64,000 bases of DNA from Truepera sp. (GTDB lineage: Bacteria > Deinococcota > Deinococci > Deinococcales > Trueperaceae). Shown here one piece after another: positions 60,274 to 64,000 of this stretch (its first letter is position 1; every line of letters starts with the position of its first letter). The notes beneath the pieces were generated by a model. That model worked only from the letters and a program-made list of their open reading frames with translations, did not search any database and was not told where the DNA came from. The position numbers were made by a program, and so were the translations under genes. Where the stretch lies: assembly GCA_965218435.1 (NCBI GenBank), contig CBDCKW010000009.1, forward strand, positions 1-64,000. The letters run 5' to 3'.

Positions 60274-61026
60274 CTACTGTTTAACAGCCAGCCATTTGGT
60301 TCTGAGTTTCTCCAAGGTGCCGTCGGCTTTAATCTCGGCGAGCCCGGTGTTGAGGGCGTCTACGAGTGGGTCGCCCTCTTGCACGACGAAGCCGAGGTCG
60401 GTCCCGGATTCTACGTTATCAATGCTGACGGTAAGTTGACCGGCGTACTGCTCGACAAACGCGTCCGCTGAGGTACCGTCAATTTCAACGCCGTCTACGT
60501 CACCGTTTAAGAGTGCCTGCACCGCCGTGTTGAAATTGTCGTACAACCGGAGCCGGTCGCGTCCGACAAGTTTTTCAGCGGTGACGGCGTTCGTCGTGCC
60601 GGTCTGTGCTCCTAAAATCAGGTCGCCACCGGTAAAATCTTCTAAGGTCAGGTCGCGGTCTGCAACCCGTACGGCAATCGCTTCGGTGACCGCGAGGTAG
60701 GGGTCGGTAAAGTCTACAATTTGGTCGCGTTCGGGAGTAATCGACACGCCCGAGGCCACCATATCGAACTCGCCATTGGCGAGGGCCGGAAAAATGCCGT
60801 CCCAGGCGGTCGTTTTGAACTGAGCGACGCAGTTGACTTTCTTACAGATGGCGTTCATCACGTCTATATCGAAACCGACAGCCTTACCCTGTTGGTTGAT
60901 CGTTTCAAACGGGGGATAGGTGGTGTCTGAGCCGATGACGAGCGTCCGGCCCCCCAGATCAGCTGAACCGCTCTGGGCAAAAGCGAAGGGTGTGAGTAAG
61001 AGCGCGACGAGCAAAATGTATTTCAT
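60274..61026 (-). CDS. Polar amino acid ABC substrate-binding protein
   Basis: Signal peptide; YPPFE, GFDID, W.GI..AL..G..D, IT.ER...VDFT.PY; SD aaggag before ATG 61026. Confidence 0.92.
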   Translation of the reverse strand: MKYILLVALLLTPFAFAQSGSADLGGRTLVIGSDTTYPPFETINQQGKAVGFDIDVMNAICKKVNCVAQFKTTAWDGIFPALANGEFDMVASGVSITPERDQIVDFTDPYLAVTEAIAVRVADRDLTLEDFTGGDLILGAQTGTTNAVTAEKLVGRDRLRLYDNFNTAVQALLNGDVDGVEIDGTSADAFVEQYAGQLTVSIDNVESGTDLGFVVQEGDPLVDALNTGLAEIKADGTLEKLRTKWLAVKQ

Positions 61027-61361
61027 GGAAGCTCCTTTAGGGCGTGTTTGAGTCGAGGTCATACACGATTATAGACCGTAAGCCGTTCAAGTGTAAGGGG
61101 AACTCTTGACGACGAGAAAAATGTCGGGGGCAACCAGTAGCAATAAGCTCGAGACCAAATCAGCTCATTATGGTTGGGCCGACTTTGTGTCAATAAGGGG
61201 CGTTCGTACCGGCTCAAAGACGGGGGTTTGTTATGCTCAGGCGTGTCTAGGCGTACTTGTCAGATCACCCCTGTCAAGCGAACTGTCAAGTAAACGCGCC
61301 GAGCTATCTAAGTGACCCATAGTGTGCCGCCTCAAAAGAGCCGGTGGCAATTGAAGGTGAG

Positions 61362-63461
61362 ATGACCTATTCGTTTGATGTTTTTGATACCTGTATCGTC
61401 CGAACCTGTGCGCGGCCCGCTGACCTCTTTTACCTACTTGCTGATGATTTACTCCGGCATAGCGGGCAGCCCTACGGCCGCGAAGAGGTCGGTGAACTCG
61501 CCTCGCTGCGCGTTTCAGCAGAGAAGCGGGCACATAAAACGGCCAAAGACGGGGGGCGGGCAGACATCACGCTCGCTGACATTTATCACGAGTTAGACCT
61601 CGAGGGTTGGGAGTTTTCAGCGCCAGAGATGAGAGACGCTGAGGTGAGGCTCGAGCTCGCCGCCATGCGCCCGGTGGTGCCGATTCGTCAACGCATCAAA
61701 GCGTTACAACGGGCCGGTGAACGCGTTTTGTTCGTCTCAGATATGTATCTGCCGCATGAGGTGGTGCGGGAGATGCTCGTGCGCTGCGGCTACTGTGTGC
61801 CGGACGGCACGCTCTACGTGTCGAACGAAGTGGGCGCGACCAAACGCGCGGGGAGTTTATTTCGTCACGTGCTCGAAAAAGAAAACTTAACTGCCCGTGA
61901 CCTGACGCACTGCGGCGACGGGGTAGAGAGCGACTTTTTGGGGGCGCGTAAAGCGGGGGTGCGGACCGAACTCTTTACCGGCACCCAGCTCAACCGTCTT
62001 GAACGGGCGATGCTCACCGTGCCGAGCCGGTCGCCGTGGGTGACTTCACAGCTCGCCGGGATTTCGCGAGTGACGCGTTTAAGCGTCCATGAAGATGCCA
62101 GCGATGTGCTCGCTGGGGGTGTCGAGATCGCCTCGAGCGTCGTCGCGCCGCTCTTGGTCGGGTTTGTGTCGTGGGTGTTGCAAGACGCCAAAGCGCAGGG
62201 GCTAGAACGACTTTATTTTGTCGCCCGTGACGGTCAGGTATTGCACAAGATTGCCCAAGCACTCAAACCTGAACTCGAGGTACGTTACCTCTACGGTTCC
62301 CGGCAGGCGTGGTACATCCCTTCGGCGTTTACGGTCAGCCGCGTAGAACTCGAGTTTGTCCTCATGACCGGGCAGTCGTCCGCGCCGCGCCACAACCTCA
62401 AACGGGTGAACCTCATGCCGGAGGCGCTTAGCGGCCCCTTAAAGAAGCACGGCTTTCCCGAAGGGACGTGGGACACGCAGCTTTCGGGTGAAGCCGCCGA
62501 GCGGTTCTGGGCATTTTTGGAAGACCCTGAGGTCGCGCCGCAGGTGCTGGCGCAGGCAGAACAGGCTAGGGAGGCGGCTGTAGCCTACTTTGAGCAAGAA
62601 GGTCTCTTAAAAGACGACCGTTGGGCGCTCGTTGACGTGGGTTGGACGCTCCGCACGCAAGGGTCGCTGCACAAGATTTTGGCCTCGGCGGGGCAACCGC
62701 ACACGCTCGGCTACTACTTAGGCATCTCCAGAACGCGCTTCTCGTCACGTGCCTATGGTCAAGGACGGGCTTACCTGTTAGAAGAGGCCGAGAATGAAGC
62801 ACTGGCCCCGGTTCGCACGCTGTTTGAAAATAAAGGGCTGATTGACCAGGTGTTTACGATGGCCGACCACGGCAGTACGGGCCGTTATGCTCGTGTCAAT
62901 GGCAAGATGGAACCGGTGCTCTCTAAATTGCCGCAGCACCCTAAACGCGAGGCATTTTTGCGTACCGTCCATGAACTGGTGACCCGGTTCGCTGAAGAAC
63001 TGGCGCAGAGTCCGGCCAAAGACGCCGAACCCGAACTCCGGGCCTGTGCGCGGCTGGTGACCGGGATGTTGATTGCGCAGCCGACCCGGGCCGAAGCGCG
63101 GGCGCTCGCCTGGGCACCCATCAGCGACGACCCCAACGAACTCCGGGCCGCTCCGCTCGCTAAACCGCTCTCCGCCGGTGACCTGTTCGGGATTGGGCGG
63201 GATGTGGTAGGGCGGGTAAGGAAACTCCGCTCGACACGTTCTGAAACAGCTGAAAATAAAACCGTCCCGCCGCTCTTTTATAAGGATTTGTCGTGGGGTT
63301 TTTCGTGGCTCGAGGGCTCGGTCGCCCTTTCGGGTCCGCTCGCTAAACTCGCCTTGCAGGGGTTTCGGACGTTGCAGTACGTCAACCGTGAGAAAAAGGT
63401 GCTCGCTGCTAAACCCGTCACCGTGTGGCAACGCCTGAGACGGCTGGGGCGGCACTGGTGA
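61362..63461 (+). CDS. HAD-superfamily hydrolase of the type found in polysaccharide loci
   Basis: YSFDVFDT, VSDMYLP, YVS.E.G..K..G.LF, H.GD...SD, F.ARDG, VD.GW. Confidence 0.82.
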   Translation: MTYSFDVFDTCIVRTCARPADLFYLLADDLLRHSGQPYGREEVGELASLRVSAEKRAHKTAKDGGRADITLADIYHELDLEGWEFSAPEMRDAEVRLELAAMRPVVPIRQRIKALQRAGERVLFVSDMYLPHEVVREMLVRCGYCVPDGTLYVSNEVGATKRAGSLFRHVLEKENLTARDLTHCGDGVESDFLGARKAGVRTELFTGTQLNRLERAMLTVPSRSPWVTSQLAGISRVTRLSVHEDASDVLAGGVEIASSVVAPLLVGFVSWVLQDAKAQGLERLYFVARDGQVLHKIAQALKPELEVRYLYGSRQAWYIPSAFTVSRVELEFVLMTGQSSAPRHNLKRVNLMPEALSGPLKKHGFPEGTWDTQLSGEAAERFWAFLEDPEVAPQVLAQAEQAREAAVAYFEQEGLLKDDRWALVDVGWTLRTQGSLHKILASAGQPHTLGYYLGISRTRFSSRAYGQGRAYLLEEAENEALAPVRTLFENKGLIDQVFTMADHGSTGRYARVNGKMEPVLSKLPQHPKREAFLRTVHELVTRFAEELAQSPAKDAEPELRACARLVTGMLIAQPTRAEARALAWAPISDDPNELRAAPLAKPLSAGDLFGIGRDVVGRVRKLRSTRSETAENKTVPPLFYKDLSWGFSWLEGSVALSGPLAKLALQGFRTLQYVNREKKVLAAKPVTVWQRLRRLGRHW

Positions 63462-63468
63462 TTAAGCT

Positions 63469-64000
63469 GTGACGAAACGCGTGCTCTTTCTCTTGATGGG
63501 GCTGTACCAAAACGGCGCGGTCCTGAGCACCCTGACGACGATGCGTTACCTCGACCGGACGAAGTACACGCCGGAGCTGTTTGTGTTGGAGCCCGGTGAA
63601 GCGTGGCCGGAGCTGCTGGAAGGTACCCCGGTGACCTATGGCCTAAAGCTGGGTGAATCGGTTAGGACGCGTGCGCCGCAGGTTTTGGTACGGCTCTGGC
63701 ACGCGCTGCGGCGCTCGGACATTTTGGTCGGCGGTTTAGAGATGACCCCAACCTTTCTAGCGGTAATGCTCGGTAAGCTGACGGGCAAACCGTCGGTGGG
63801 CTTCGTTCGTAACTCGCTGCCCGAACTCTTAGAAAGCTTGCCGAACCGCTACCTGACACTTACGAAACGCTTCTATCCGGAGCTGGCCCGAGTGGTAGCG
63901 ATCTCGAGCGGCATTCAAACGAGTGTCGAAAAGCTCGTTCCCACACTTAAAGGGCGGGTGCGAACCGTTTATATTCCCCTCGAGCTGGACAAGGTAAAAC
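63469..64000 (+). CDS. Glycosyltransferase family 4 (N-terminal part, truncated by the window end)
   Basis: Manual translation MTKRVLFLLMGLYQNGAV...LDRTKY...KP.V..VRN...VVAISSGI...VRTVYIP. Confidence 0.72.
   Translation, partial: MTKRVLFLLMGLYQNGAVLSTLTTMRYLDRTKYTPELFVLEPGEAWPELLEGTPVTYGLKLGESVRTRAPQVLVRLWHALRRSDILVGGLEMTPTFLAVMLGKLTGKPSVGFVRNSLPELLESLPNRYLTLTKRFYPELARVVAISSGIQTSVEKLVPTLKGRVRTVYIPLELDKVK

Overview
A GC-rich chromosomal window from a Deinococcota bacterium, probably Trueperaceae-like. The SigA/RpoD C-terminus (AMGPGW...[17 protein letters not shown]) is Deinococcus/Thermus-type, and many genes have leaderless TANNNT-N5-7-start promoters. About 60 genes are present: housekeeping (ppc, ftsE, fabH, nfuA, glyA, miaA, rpoD), many GNAT/methyltransferase/hydrolase genes, and scattered surface-polysaccharide genes. 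I saw no rRNA, tRNA, CRISPR array or intact IS element. Main points of interest: (1) an ExbB/ExbD motor operon whose TonB/TolA-like partner has an 87-bp-periodic repeat stalk and ends in a DUF3048/YerB-like domain; (2) a circularly permuted ATP-grasp/alpha-E/two-transglutaminase cluster in which alpha-E has a long Gln-rich tail; (3) two leader-peptide attenuator-like elements missing from the ORF track, before a RIO1 kinase and before an ABC-exporter/GNAT/methyltransferase operon; (4) strong over-representation of the palindrome CTCGAG; (5) an amino-acid ABC permease with an inserted single binding-protein-like lobe; (6) a DarT-like gene with no adjacent antitoxin; (7) the same 14-bp tandem repeat in two separate intergenic regions; (8) a decaying ArsR operon with two pseudogenes. 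All family assignments come from motif recognition by eye, not database searches.
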